From positions 1 through 34,348 of the forward strand of contig NW_021832050.1 of assembly GCF_006345805.1 (NCBI RefSeq): 34,348 bases of DNA, read 5' to 3'. Positions within the stretch are counted from its first letter, which is position 1. Each line of letters begins with the position of its first letter. This document shows positions 22,664-34,044 of the stretch, piece by piece. This stretch comes from Octopus sinensis. Lineage: Eukaryota. A program made the translations under genes and the position numbers. The notes under the pieces were generated by a model. That model had not been told where the DNA came from, searched no databases, and saw nothing but the letters and a program-made list of their open reading frames with translations.

Positions 22664-22885
22664 TTTACTACCACATGGGGTTAAACACAGAGGGGACAAA
22701 CAAGACAGACACAAAGGGTTAAGGTCGATTACATCGACCCCAGTGCGTAACTGGTACTTAATTTATCGACCCCGAAAGGATGAAAGGCGAAGTCGACCTC
22801 GGCGGAATTTGAACTCGGAACGTAACGACGACACGAAATACGGCTATGCATTTCGCTCGGCGTGCTGACGATTCTGCAGCTTGCC
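22385..22885 (-). mobile_element. Two SINE family A copies (~22385-22580, ~22662-22885)
   Basis: Family A core, head and tails. Confidence 0.85.
22587..22630 (+). repeat. Fragment of a third interspersed family, longer copy at 31197-31324
   Basis: GCCTTCAAATGACGCCACCCCGCTGGCTAAGCGAGCAGGCCAATA nearly identical to ~31280-31324. Confidence 0.8.
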
Positions 22886-22935
22886 GAATATACACACACA
22901 CACACACACACCACACACACCACACACACACACAC

Positions 22936-23018
<83 letters not shown>

Positions 23019-23149
23019 GTCACACCTTACAAATTCAACCATTAAGCAAGTGTGCAGGCAATTTTTTTTAAAGTGTAGAAATGGATTTCGAAACATAAAA
23101 TAAGGTAAAATAAAGAACAGGCAGCATAGAATGATAAATGCCTCAGAGA

Positions 23150-23181
<32 letters not shown>

Positions 23182-23850
23182 GACAGACAGACAGACAGAC
23201 AGACACAGAAGTAGATAAATCGATAGAAATAGAGTGACAGACAGATAGACAGACAGAGATAGAAAGGAGGATAAGAAATAGCGTCGTTACGCGTAACTGG
23301 TCGTTGCTAAGTACACAACAATCAGAGAAGAAACGCACAACGGTAACAAGAGTGACTGTGCATTTTATTATTTGAAGAATATTACCGAAAAGGCCACCGT
23401 AAATCTCTCCTTTCGGTGACCTTTGTTCGAACAGTTAAAGGTCATAGCTATGACACATTGCATTGATTTGCAGCCAGTTCTCTCTACAAAATCCCGCAGC
23501 ATTTCGTAAATAGCTCTGGCCAATTTATCAGCCTTGGGGAGGTCTAGTGCTGGTGTCATTAGGTCTTTTGTTGGTTACGTTTCACTACACAATGCTGACT
23601 ATGATGAAACGATAAGTTTTCATGGCGCACTAGATAAAGGCGACATATCTGGGTTGCGTGGTTCGGCTAGGTGCCGTGGTAGTCGCAGTGGTGATGGTGA
23701 CTGTGGGGGTGGTGTTGGTCGTCGTCGTGGTGTCAGAGATAGTATTGATAGTGATGGTAGCGGTCGTTACGCTTGTCTTGGTATGTGTGTGTGTGGATTT
23801 AGTGTTAGTGGTTGCATAGACATACTTTGTCTCGGAATTTTATATATATA

Positions 23851-24392
23851 CAGGGATTGGACAAAATAATGGAAACACCTTAAAATTTCAAAAAAATTAA
23901 TTTTAATATGGGGCAGGACCGCCTCTGCCAGTAATTACAGCTTGAATTCTACGAAGTATAGACTCGTACAAAGTTTGAATTGTTTCCAAAGTTATTTTTG
24001 TCCATTCTTCAGCTAAAACAGTTTCCAGTTCTTGTAGTGATGATGGTGGAGGATATTGACTCCTTGTTTTTCCAAAATGCACCATAAATGTTCAATAATA
24101 TAGAGATCTGGGGACCGTGGTGGACAGATAAGATGTTCAATTCACTAGAATGTTCCTCGTGCCATTCAGTAACAATTTAGCTGTGTGAATTGGTGCATCA
24201 TTATCCCGAAAGACTGCGTTTCCCTCCGGAAACAGTTCCGCAACCATAGGATGAATTTGATCAGATAAAATGCTTAAATAGTCTTGACTATTAATTCTGC
24301 CATGACGGTAAACCATTAGGCCGGCGGATGTCCAAGATATAGACCCCCAGATCATCACAGGTCCTCCTCCATGTATAACAGGCAGTAGCAAA
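23851..24392 (-). mobile_element. Tc1-family DNA transposon, 3' half with one TIR, decayed
   Basis: TA|CAGGGATTGGACAAAATAATGGAAACACCT terminus; HGGGPVMIWG, FRDNDAPIHTAK, EHLICPPRSPDLYIIEHLW, IQTLYESILRRIQAVI...GG...Y (Tc1 DD34E-type catalytic region, frameshifted). Confidence 0.92.
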
Positions 24393-25387
24393 AAATGTGA
24401 GAGGATTATTAATCTCCGACATAACGCAAATAAAATTGAGAAAGATCGCTCTCAGAATCAGGCATGTCGACCAGTAACCAATAAGAAACAAGAGAAAAAA
24501 TGTGTCAAGACCGAATCCATGTTATGAGTGCGGTAGTCTACATTTTAAAAATACCAGTCTGTTAAAAAATATAAAATGCTATAGTGTGATAAAATAGGCC
24601 AAAAATGTCGCATTGTAGAACAGAACCTAAAAAAACTGTTCAACAGAAAATTTCACGTGAACGGATTATCGATAACAAGAAATATGAATGAGCCTCAAAG
24701 AAAATTTGTGTACGTAACATTTAATAACACAAACGTAAAGCTAGAGGCAGCGATATCTCAATAATTAGCAAAGATACATGGAAACAGATCGGGAGATCTA
24801 AATTAAATGAAACCTCGAAAAATGCCCGTGGAAAAAAATTATATTTTAAGGGCGAATTGATAAGTAGCAGTACATTTCGTGAAAAGAACCTTAAAGGCTA
24901 AATTTTTTGTGCTAAAATAATACAACAAATTTGATCAGCTCTGACTGGGCGGGATTGTTTAATTTATGAGGCCTTCCAATCAATGTTTTTCCATCCAGTA
25001 CAAATAAGTCGTTAGACGAATTGAAAGATAATTTTTAATATTTTTCCTCAAGTTTTGTCCGATGACTTAGGTCTGTGTACGAAAACGAAGGCACGGTTTC
25101 AAATATAAGAAAACGCCATAACCAACATTAAAAAAAATCGAAGGGTACCATTCGCAGCGTTAGCACAGCGTTAGAGAGACTGGCAAAAAACTGGAGCTAA
25201 CCAAAAAGTAAAATACTCTGAATGGGCATCACCAACTGCGTACGTAAAGAAAAGAATAATAAAATCAGTGTGTACTGAATTTCCCCCACTGGAATTGAAC
25301 CGTAAGCGTAAGAGATATGGAAACTTTGAGCAGAGTTTAGTTCCTAAAAAAGGAGAAGATAGGAGAGACCGATTCTAAAAAGGAGGA
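24391..25387 (+). mobile_element. Gypsy-type LTR retrotransposon remnant: gag zinc knuckles, protease, RT N-terminus, internal deletion, PPT
   Basis: Across frameshifts: RPNPCYECGSLHF and CYS.DKIG.K.SHCR; GSDISIISKDTWKQIG; FPQVLSDDLGLCTKTKARF...RRVPFAAL...YSEWASPTAYVKK; polypurine AAAAAGGAGGA at 25377-25387. Confidence 0.85.
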
Positions 25388-25625
25388 TGTTGTGGAAGGA
25401 TTCCGACCACCAGTCGAGTGACTAAAAGTTGGACTGACTAATTGTCATAAAACAAAGAAATGTGAGCGATTGGCAGTTAGTGTTTAATCGTATCTCCCGG
25501 GTTTCGGCTGCATGGGACTCCTCTGCATTGGCTAACGCTGTGTTTTGCTAGTTGAGTCCGCTTGAGGGAACTCCAGCAATAGCCGAATAATTATTTGAAT
25601 CCATATATTGCACTACCAAAGTGTA
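25388..25625 (+). repeat. Probable 3' LTR of the Gypsy remnant
   Basis: Begins TGTTG immediately after the polypurine tract; the right boundary is lost in a microsatellite. Confidence 0.5.
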
Positions 25626-25627
25626 TT

Positions 25628-25689
<62 letters not shown>

Positions 25690-25930
25690 TGTATGTGTGT
25701 GTGTGTGCGTGTGCGTGCATGTGTGTGTAATGTGAACACGACGAGTTCCCTCTTATCATTTTCTCTAGTGCGCTAACGATTCCGATAGCTCTCCGCATTT
25801 GTGTGTTTAGCATTATTAATAAGAAACCTGTGAAGATTTGAACTTGAAAGTGCGTACTACAAATTCTAAATACAATAAGTCTATCTCTCTCGACTTTCCA
25901 TAATATTCTCCACCACTCTCGAGTCATATG

Positions 25931-26104
25931 ACGATTGAAGTCGAGGGAGAAACGATATCACTGTGGCAGTACGATTATTCAATTTGTTTGGCAGGCAATA
26001 GAATGTTTTATTTCAATTGATAATAATCTGTACGAAAATATGATTGAATTACTAGCAAACAACAGATCGGAAATATGGACGAGTGTACACGTGTTAATAG
26101 GCTT
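25931..26104. repeat. 174-bp dispersed duplication, copy 1
   Basis: Matches 30563-30736 except for 3 substitutions (manual comparison). Confidence 0.95.
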
Positions 26105-26288
26105 ATTGCAAGAAAATTAGTACAAAAATATGTCAAAACATATCTGTAAACAACAGAAGTTCATAGCAAAATAGTAATTTCGCTACTTGCCTAAAAATAC
26201 ACATAGATGCCTGTGCATATTGTGTATGTATGTATGTATGTATGTATGTATGTATGTATGAATGCATGCATGTATGTATGTAGGTATG

Positions 26289-26322
<34 letters not shown>

Positions 26323-26387
26323 TGTATGTATATATGGGTGTGTATGTGTGTGTATGTAATTCTATTCATATATATAATTATATTCTG

Positions 26388-26423
<36 letters not shown>

Positions 26424-26552
26424 ATATGTATCTATATATGTAAATATACATACATACAGACACATACATTGATACATATCATTCACCTGTTGAATTGTAT
26501 GTCTAATTCAGAACCCCCAAGCCCACTCATTGTTCCCTTAAAATACTTTGCA

Positions 26553-26572
26553 CTGACGAGACACGAAATGTC
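26553..26572 (+). ncRNA. Minimal hammerhead catalytic core
   Basis: CUGACGA-G(ACA)C-GAA-AUGU-C; helix II reduced to 1 bp; helix I not formed with the present flanks. Confidence 0.35.
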
Positions 26573-27204
26573 AAAACAGTTCTAGCTACGAATATTAATG
26601 CATTAACTATAGCTGAAACCAAATTAAGTGTTAAGAAAACATTATGCTACTTGTTAGGTGTTAGAATTATTTCATATTGTCTTGTTACTGTATATCTCGT
26701 ACGAGAACAACTATCATTTCTTCAAGTTTATTCCGTAAACAAAGCATTTCTAATCGACATTTTTCCACGTTTCCGAGGAGTACGAGGTGATTGAGATAAG
26801 AAGGGTGATGTACAGCCAAACATTGTGTCTTTAGCTGATATTTTGCCTTTAGTCAGTTTGTAGCTCTTAGTCTTCGAAATATTATCAAAGGTAAAACAAA
26901 AAAAAATAAGCTGTCTTTTCACGTCTGGCGAACGATTCAGTATGGGGCTGTCTTGAAACACAAAATCTATGACATGTTTCCGTTTTTGAACCACGTAGCT
27001 TGATTATTTACTTGATGGGCGAGCAGATAGTCCACTCCAAGTGCGCTCTTTATTTTAGTACCCGTGTTTCCGTTTTTAGATGCATCTTCTTGGCGCTGAG
27101 ATGGTTGTGAGGTTAAGATTTTGCACTGCGATCACATAGTTTAAGGCCTAATCCCACTGTGCAGCAAGTACCTCATTTCATCGTTCGACATTATATATAT
27201 ATAT

Positions 27205-27291
<87 letters not shown>

Positions 27292-27302
27292 TACATATAT
27301 AT

Positions 27303-27509
27303 AAATTTAAAATGAGGGTGAAAAATTGGATATTCATTTTGGTTATGGTTAATCTATATTTTTGTTACTTTTCATTTGTCTTGCTCACTTACGTCCTGGT
27401 GTTTACTAAATTTGCTTGAGAACATTTCTTAGTGGTAAGACCATAGCTGATCTACTTCTAGCATAAGGGTTGTCCACATAGTAGTGGTCATCCCTCTCAT
27501 ATGTATAAA

Positions 27510-27510
<1 letters not shown>
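27303..27510. repeat. (TA)n-flanked interspersed repeat related to 3835-4068
   Basis: See the 3835-4068 feature. Confidence 0.75.
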
Positions 27511-27540
<30 letters not shown>

Positions 27541-29095
27541 ATATCTATATCAGTTAATGAATGTATGTTTGCCACTACACAATGGGTATTAACGCACGAC
27601 GCACTCACCCTTGCATAGAAAGAGGCATACACATAAACTCACACAGACACACCCATACACATATACACACACACACACATACACATACAAAACTGACTTC
27701 CTGTAATTATGCTTGCGAATACGAGCGTGCGAGTGTGTTATGTTGTACTTATAGATTTCTAAATATCACAATTGTCTGATGTACAGATGTAACATACACG
27801 ATAAATTATCGGCATATGTTCTTATTATTATCCTGTAGAGACCCACCACCATAGTTCTCAACCACCATAAGCCTTCATAATGTCTGGTTTACATTTATTG
27901 TTGTTTCTTTTTTTTTATATATTTTACTGCTTTTGCTTGTTTTTTACTTTCTTTTATTCCATGGCGATACCTCAAATCGTTGTGAATGATATCTATGTAT
28001 CCCTAGTGATATAATTATTTTATCCTGTAACTCAATCCTGCATCTAAATTCTTACAGCCGTCAGTCGATAATGAGCAGATAGATACCACTGTCCTTCGAG
28101 ATACAGATATAATCTGATCGGAAATATCAATTATATATTGATATTTGAGATTTATATGTAAATTAAATTGGGATTGATGTTGCCTATAAATAGTTAGAGA
28201 AAATAATATATAAATACTTTAAAAAAACATAAACGGCTAAATATTCTGAAGAGCTTTCGCCCCCTAGAATATTCCAACAACTGTTCGAAGCACAATGGCG
28301 GATATATATATATATATATTATATATATATATATCTATATCAGTTAATGAATGTATGTTTGCCACTACACAATGGGTATTAACGCACGACGCACTCACCC
28401 TTGCATAGAAAGAGGCATACACATAAACTCACACAGACACACCCATACACATATACACACACACACACATACACATACAAAACTGACTTCCTGTAATTAT
28501 GCTTGCGAATACGAGCGTGCGAGTGTGTTATGTTGTACTTTATAGATTTCTAAATATCACAATTGTCTGATGTACAGATGTAAACATACACGATAAATTA
28601 TCGGCATATGTTCTTATTATTATCCTGTAGAGACCCACCACCATAGTTCTCAACCACCATAAGCCTTCATAATGTCTGGTTTACATTTATTGTTGTTTCT
28701 TTTTTTTTTATATATTTTACTGCTTTTGCTTGTTTTTTACTTTCTTTTATTCCATGGCGATACCTCAATCGTTGTGAATGATATCTATGTATCCCTAGTG
28801 ATATAATTATTTTATCCTGTAACTCAATCCTGCATCTAAATTCTTACAGCCGTCAGTCGATAATGAGCAGATAGATACCACTGTCCTTCGAGATACAGAT
28901 ATAATCTGATCGGAAATATCAATTATATATTGATATTTGAGATTTATATGTAAATTAAATTGGGATTGATGTTGCCTATAAATAGTTAGAGAAAATAATA
29001 TATAAATACTTTAAAAAAACATAAACGGCTAAATATTCTGAAGAGCTTTCGCCCCCTAGAATATTCCAACAACTGTTCGAAGCACAATGGCGGAT
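27511..29095. repeat. Tandem duplication, unit ~790-792 bp, delimited by (TA)n tracts
   Basis: CAGTTAATGAATG at 27551 and 28341; by eye the copies differ only by four 1-nt homopolymer indels. Confidence 0.97.
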
Positions 29096-29349
29096 ATATA
29101 TATATATATATATAATATATATATATATATATACACATGTGCGTGTGTGTATGTTTGTATATATATATATATCCATTTATCTAGCTATCTCTGAATGTAT
29201 ATATATATATAAGTATGTATGTATGTATGTATGTATGTATGTATGTATGTATGTATGTATGTATGTATGTATGTATGCATATGAGTTTGTATAAGTGTCC
29301 GCCGCGTCTGTGTGTTACTATCGACATAGCAATATTATGAAATCTGGGT

Positions 29350-29795
29350 AAGTCGGTGAGCTGGCAGAATCGTTAGCACGCCAGGCAAAATGCTTAGCGG
29401 CATTTCGTTCGTCTTCCCATTCTGAGTTCAAATTCCTCCGGGGTCGAATTTAATTTTCATCCTTTTTGGGGTCGATAAAATAAGTACTAGTTGAACACCG
29501 AGACCGATGATATCGACTTACCCTTCCCTCGAAATTGCTGGCCTTGTGCCAAAATTTCAAAGCAGCATTATGAGATCTGGATAAGACGGTGAGCTTACAG
29601 AATCATTAGCATACCGGCCAAAATGCTTTGCAGTATTTCATCCATCCTTACGTTCTGAGTTCAAATTTCAGCAAGTTCTACTTGTCCTTTCCTCCTTTAG
29701 GGATGATGAAATAAATACCTATTAAACACTGGGCGGGGGGAGAAATTTTTATCGTCTTCCCTTGTTCCCTGAAATTACTGGCCTTGTGTGAAAAT
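29350..29795 (+). mobile_element. Two tandem SINE family A copies
   Basis: GGTGAGCTGGCAGAATCGTTAGC heads at ~29355 and ~29588. Confidence 0.85.
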
Positions 29796-29867
29796 ACGAA
29801 ATCAGGAATGATGCAAACCATTTACATATGGTGATACAAGCACTAAATACTGTAGTTACAGTATATA

Positions 29868-30505
29868 TTCTTTTCTACTCTATCACAAGGACCGAAATTT
29901 TTGGGAAGCGGGGCGGTCGATTAGATCGATCCTGCTACGTAACAGGTACTTAATTTATCGATCCTGCTACGTAACAGGTACTTAATTTATCGACCCAAAA
30001 GGATGCAAGACAAAGTCGACCTCGGTTGAATTTGAACTCATAATGTAAAACCAGATGAAAGCATTTAACCCAGCGTTCTAACGTTTCATATTTCTTTGTT
30101 GCCCACAAGGGATTTAACATAAAGGGAACGAACAAGAACAGACAAAGGGATTAAGTCGATTATATCGACCGCAGTGCGTAACTGGTACTTATTTAATTGA
30201 CCCCGAAAAGATGAACGGCAAAGTCGACCTCGGCGGAATTTGAACGCAGAATGTAACGGCAGACGAAATACCTATTTCTTACACTACCCACAAGGGGCTA
30301 AACACAGAGAGGACAAACAAGGACAGACAACGGATAGAGTCGATTATATCGACCCCAGTGCCTAACTGGTACTTAATTTATCGACCCCGAAAGGATGAAA
30401 GGCAAAGTCGACCTCGGCGGAATTTGAACTTAGAGCGTAACGGCAGACGAAATACCGCTAAGCATTTCGCACGGCGTGCTAACATTTCCGCCAGCTCTCC
30501 ACCTT
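29868..30505 (-). mobile_element. SINE family A head-to-tail trimer
   Basis: Three successive cores (~29915-30085, ~30150-30270, ~30340-30505). Confidence 0.87.
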
Positions 30506-30562
30506 AGTTACAGCATATATTACAGGAGTATAATGAACGATTGGCTCCTCTGGAGGAATATA

Positions 30563-30736
30563 ACGATTGAAGTCGAGGGAGAAACGATATCACTGTGCCA
30601 GTAAGATTATTCAATTTGTTTGGCAGGCAATAGAATGTTTTATTTCAATTGATAATAATCTGTACGAAAATATGATTGAATTACTAGCAAACAACAGATC
30701 GGAAATATGGACGAATGTACACGTGTTAATAGGCTT
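30563..30736. repeat. 174-bp dispersed duplication, copy 2
   Basis: See 25931-26104. Confidence 0.95.
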
Positions 30737-31153
30737 GTTGTTGTGTAGTCTATTGTGTATTTAGTGTATATATGTGTGTGTATATAAAAATGTATATATA
30801 TATTTATATGTACGTGTATAGATGTATATATGTGCACATGTATGTATGCATGTATGTATGTATATAGATAGATCGATATGCATGTGTGTATATATATGTA
30901 TTGGTATATATACATACACATTCAACTTTTCTCTCTCTCTCTCTCTCTCTCTTCTGTCTGTTATCGTCTATCCTTTGCTTGTCTCTAGTCATTGGACTAC
31001 GCCAACGCTGGGGTATTGCCTTGAAGGGTTTAGTCTATCAAACATATTTCAATACCTATTTTTGATAAGGTACGTATTCTATCGATTTCTTTTGCGAAAT
31101 CGCTACGTTGCCACGAAGCAGACAACCTAAAGTCGAGGTCAAACATACGTATG

Positions 31154-31196
<43 letters not shown>

Positions 31197-31200
<4 letters not shown>

Positions 31201-31324
31201 CGTGATCACCGTGACCGACCAGGCTATCAGATATTGATACACATCGCTGGTCACATTGCGCTTCGCATTGTTTTTTTTTAGGCTTCAAATGACGCCATCC
31301 CGCTGGCTAACCGAGCAGGCCAAT
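31197..31324 (+). repeat. Interspersed repeat of the third family, TA-flanked
   Basis: TCACCGTGATCACCGTGACCGACCAGG...GCAGGCCAATA; related segments at 22587-22630 (+) and ~22140-22190 (-). Confidence 0.7.
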
Positions 31325-31502
31325 ATATATATATCTATATATATATATACATATACATACGCATATATACATACATACACATATATATATATACACACAC
31401 ACATATATATCTACACATGCACACACACGCACATCATATATATGTGTGTGTATGTGTATGTGTGTATGTATGTATTTAAGTATACACAGCAGTATAGATA
31501 GG

Positions 31503-31581
<79 letters not shown>

Positions 31582-31584
31582 GTA

Positions 31585-31745
31585 TACGTCGGGCTTACAC
31601 ACGGTTTCCTCTTACAATGTTCATTCACAAGGCATTTGTCAACCCGAGGCTATAGTTGAAGATGCTTGCTCAGCGTGCCATGTAGCGGGACTGAACCCGG
31701 AACTGCAAGGTCACAAACTCGAGCTTCTCAACCGTACAGCCCTAC
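31585..31745 (-). mobile_element. SINE family B 5' half
   Basis: Reverse complement of GGGTTCAGTCCCGCTACATGGCACGCTGAGCAAGC...GCCCGACGTATA. Confidence 0.8.
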
Positions 31746-31750
31746 TTTCG

Positions 31751-31785
<35 letters not shown>

Positions 31786-31980
31786 CTTACGCCTAAGGCT
31801 TAAGAAAAATATAAAACATGAGATATATTTACTTCCAAGAAAAATAAAATGAAAGAACGGAAATAACAGACAGATACCGAACTTGAAGAAAATGGCAGAC
31901 GTATAGTTGTCTAAGACAGAAGGAGTGGTGTAAACCTGCACTGGATGTACACTTGCGAAGAGACAAACAAATAGATAGAT

Positions 31981-32020
<40 letters not shown>

Positions 32021-32050
32021 TGTGATAGATGCAGGTATAGATATATACTT

Positions 32051-32130
<80 letters not shown>

Positions 32131-32849
32131 CGTATGAATGCATTTTTATATACGTCTTTCTTTTTAAATACATATATGAATTCCCATATACTTGTGCGCA
32201 CAAGCGCACATGTATGACACTGTGTGTGTGTTGTGTGCGTGTGTGTACGTACGTGGTACGATCACGTGTGCGTATGTGAATATACATGCTTACAGACACA
32301 TAATTTTTAAACACATCAGGCAAAAAATATACAGCAGCTTAAAACTCTAAACGTCTTAAATAACAGTCCATAATAATAGTATTTCAAATTTTAAACGGCT
32401 CTATTATTACCATTATCCGAGAACGACATTGTTTATGAGATAAATCGATCTCATTGAATGATATAATTCTCTTTACCGTAATTATAAGATTCGTATTAGA
32501 AAAAAAAAATATAAGGAAATTCAAAAATATTGAATTATTCAAGAACTGCAAGTTTAGTGCAAGGCAAAATGAAAAATAAAAAAACAAAAGACAATGGACT
32601 CTTTATGAATCCGTTAAAATTCGTTTTAGCTCCAAGGAGAAATGACACTCTTTGCTTTACGTATTCATATTTATTTCACAAATGATTTACAAAATTTAAA
32701 CGTTCTGAATCTTCTGTGCATGCAACTGGAAATCAGATGTGAATGTTTATAGAAAGCAACTTTCGTATGAATTCTGCAGCTGACAATGGTTATTAGAATA
32801 TGTCTACGGATTGGTTATGCAAAATCATTTCTAGTTGATGCCAAACTTT

Positions 32850-33040
32850 TTTGTTTTATTTTTTACTTGTTTCAGCCTTTAGACAGCGGCCATGCCGGAG
32901 CAGCGTTTTGAAATGTTTAATCGAACAAATCGACCCTAGTGATTTTTTTAAAGTCTCACATATATTCTATTGGTGTTCTTTTGACGAACCGCTATGTGTA
33001 GCTACGTTACAGGGACCTAAACAAACTAACACTGGCGTTA
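32850..33040 (-). mobile_element. SINE family B 3' half
   Basis: TTTTACTTGTTTCAGCC...GCGGCCATGCCGGAGCA...ATCGACCC. Confidence 0.75.
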
Positions 33041-33236
33041 GCATTGGAGAGGAACGGATATAAATAACACACACACATAGATAAGCAAACGCACATAGAT
33101 ATGTACGTATGCCTAAGTTGATATATATATATATATATATATATATTCATTTATTTATTTGTATGAATATATGTATTTATTTATTTGTATACAAAATGTA
33201 TGTGTATATATATATATTATATATATATATATATAT

Positions 33237-33970
33237 ACAAAATGGGACAAGAACGCAAAACATCCAGACAGTTAGGTGATGCAAGAAAGGGACAACAAAA
33301 CATCCAGATAGACGATACAAAGAAAACGAGGTCCGGTCATTCGGAGTTTTCTTTCCTCAGTCGAGGTCCAGATAATCTTTGCAATTTCGGCTGGTTATAC
33401 TCAAGATTGCACCAATCTGGCCAGCCCCAAGGAAAAACTAGGCTAAGAGCATTAGATTCCTTGGAAGAAAGCAGCGAATGTATACGAAAACAAGGACGGG
33501 AAAAAAACGGAGAAAGTTACACAATACAAATAACAGGACATAAGAACAGGTGTCTTTCGACTAAGGACGAATTAAATTAAGCTGGCGTGTGTGGATGTAA
33601 TGTCTTATGGTAGGGATATAAGATTTCACAGGTACAGGGAAGAATATAGATGTTGCACGGACAAGGGCCGAACCAAGAAAGAAAGGTCAGGCTTGGCCGA
33701 ACACCATTCACGTGGGGAGAGAAGAGAGAGAGGTAGGGACAGAAGAAATAAGGAGGGGCGAGAAAAATGACAGGGACACAGGAAAGTGAGAGTGAAGAGA
33801 AAGCAATGAAATGTGAGAGAGAGGAAACAAAAGAACGAAGAGTGGATTGAACGAAATAAGCGTGAAAGGGCTGATAGAAGAATAAAAGAATAAAAGAATA
33901 AGAGAATAGAGTCGTACAAGATTTAGATAAATATATACTTACATATAAGAGACCGGAGTGTTTATGCCGC
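33237..33970 (-). repeat. (TA)n-flanked element, related to 16301-16462; possibly a Penelope-like terminal region
   Basis: Shared blocks with 16301-16462; TA tracts at both ends; purine-rich distal half. Confidence 0.5.
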
Positions 33971-33994
33971 TTATATATATATATGTATGTATAT

Positions 33995-34044
<50 letters not shown>

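Noticed and set aside
25800-25927. RICSTHF in a minus ORF resembling a THAP domain motif
   Set aside because: The N-terminal C2 pair and the AVP motif are missing
31197-31324. Possible HDV-like ribozyme (GCUAA followed by GCGAGC)
   Set aside because: I could not build P1, P3 and P1.1 of the double pseudoknot
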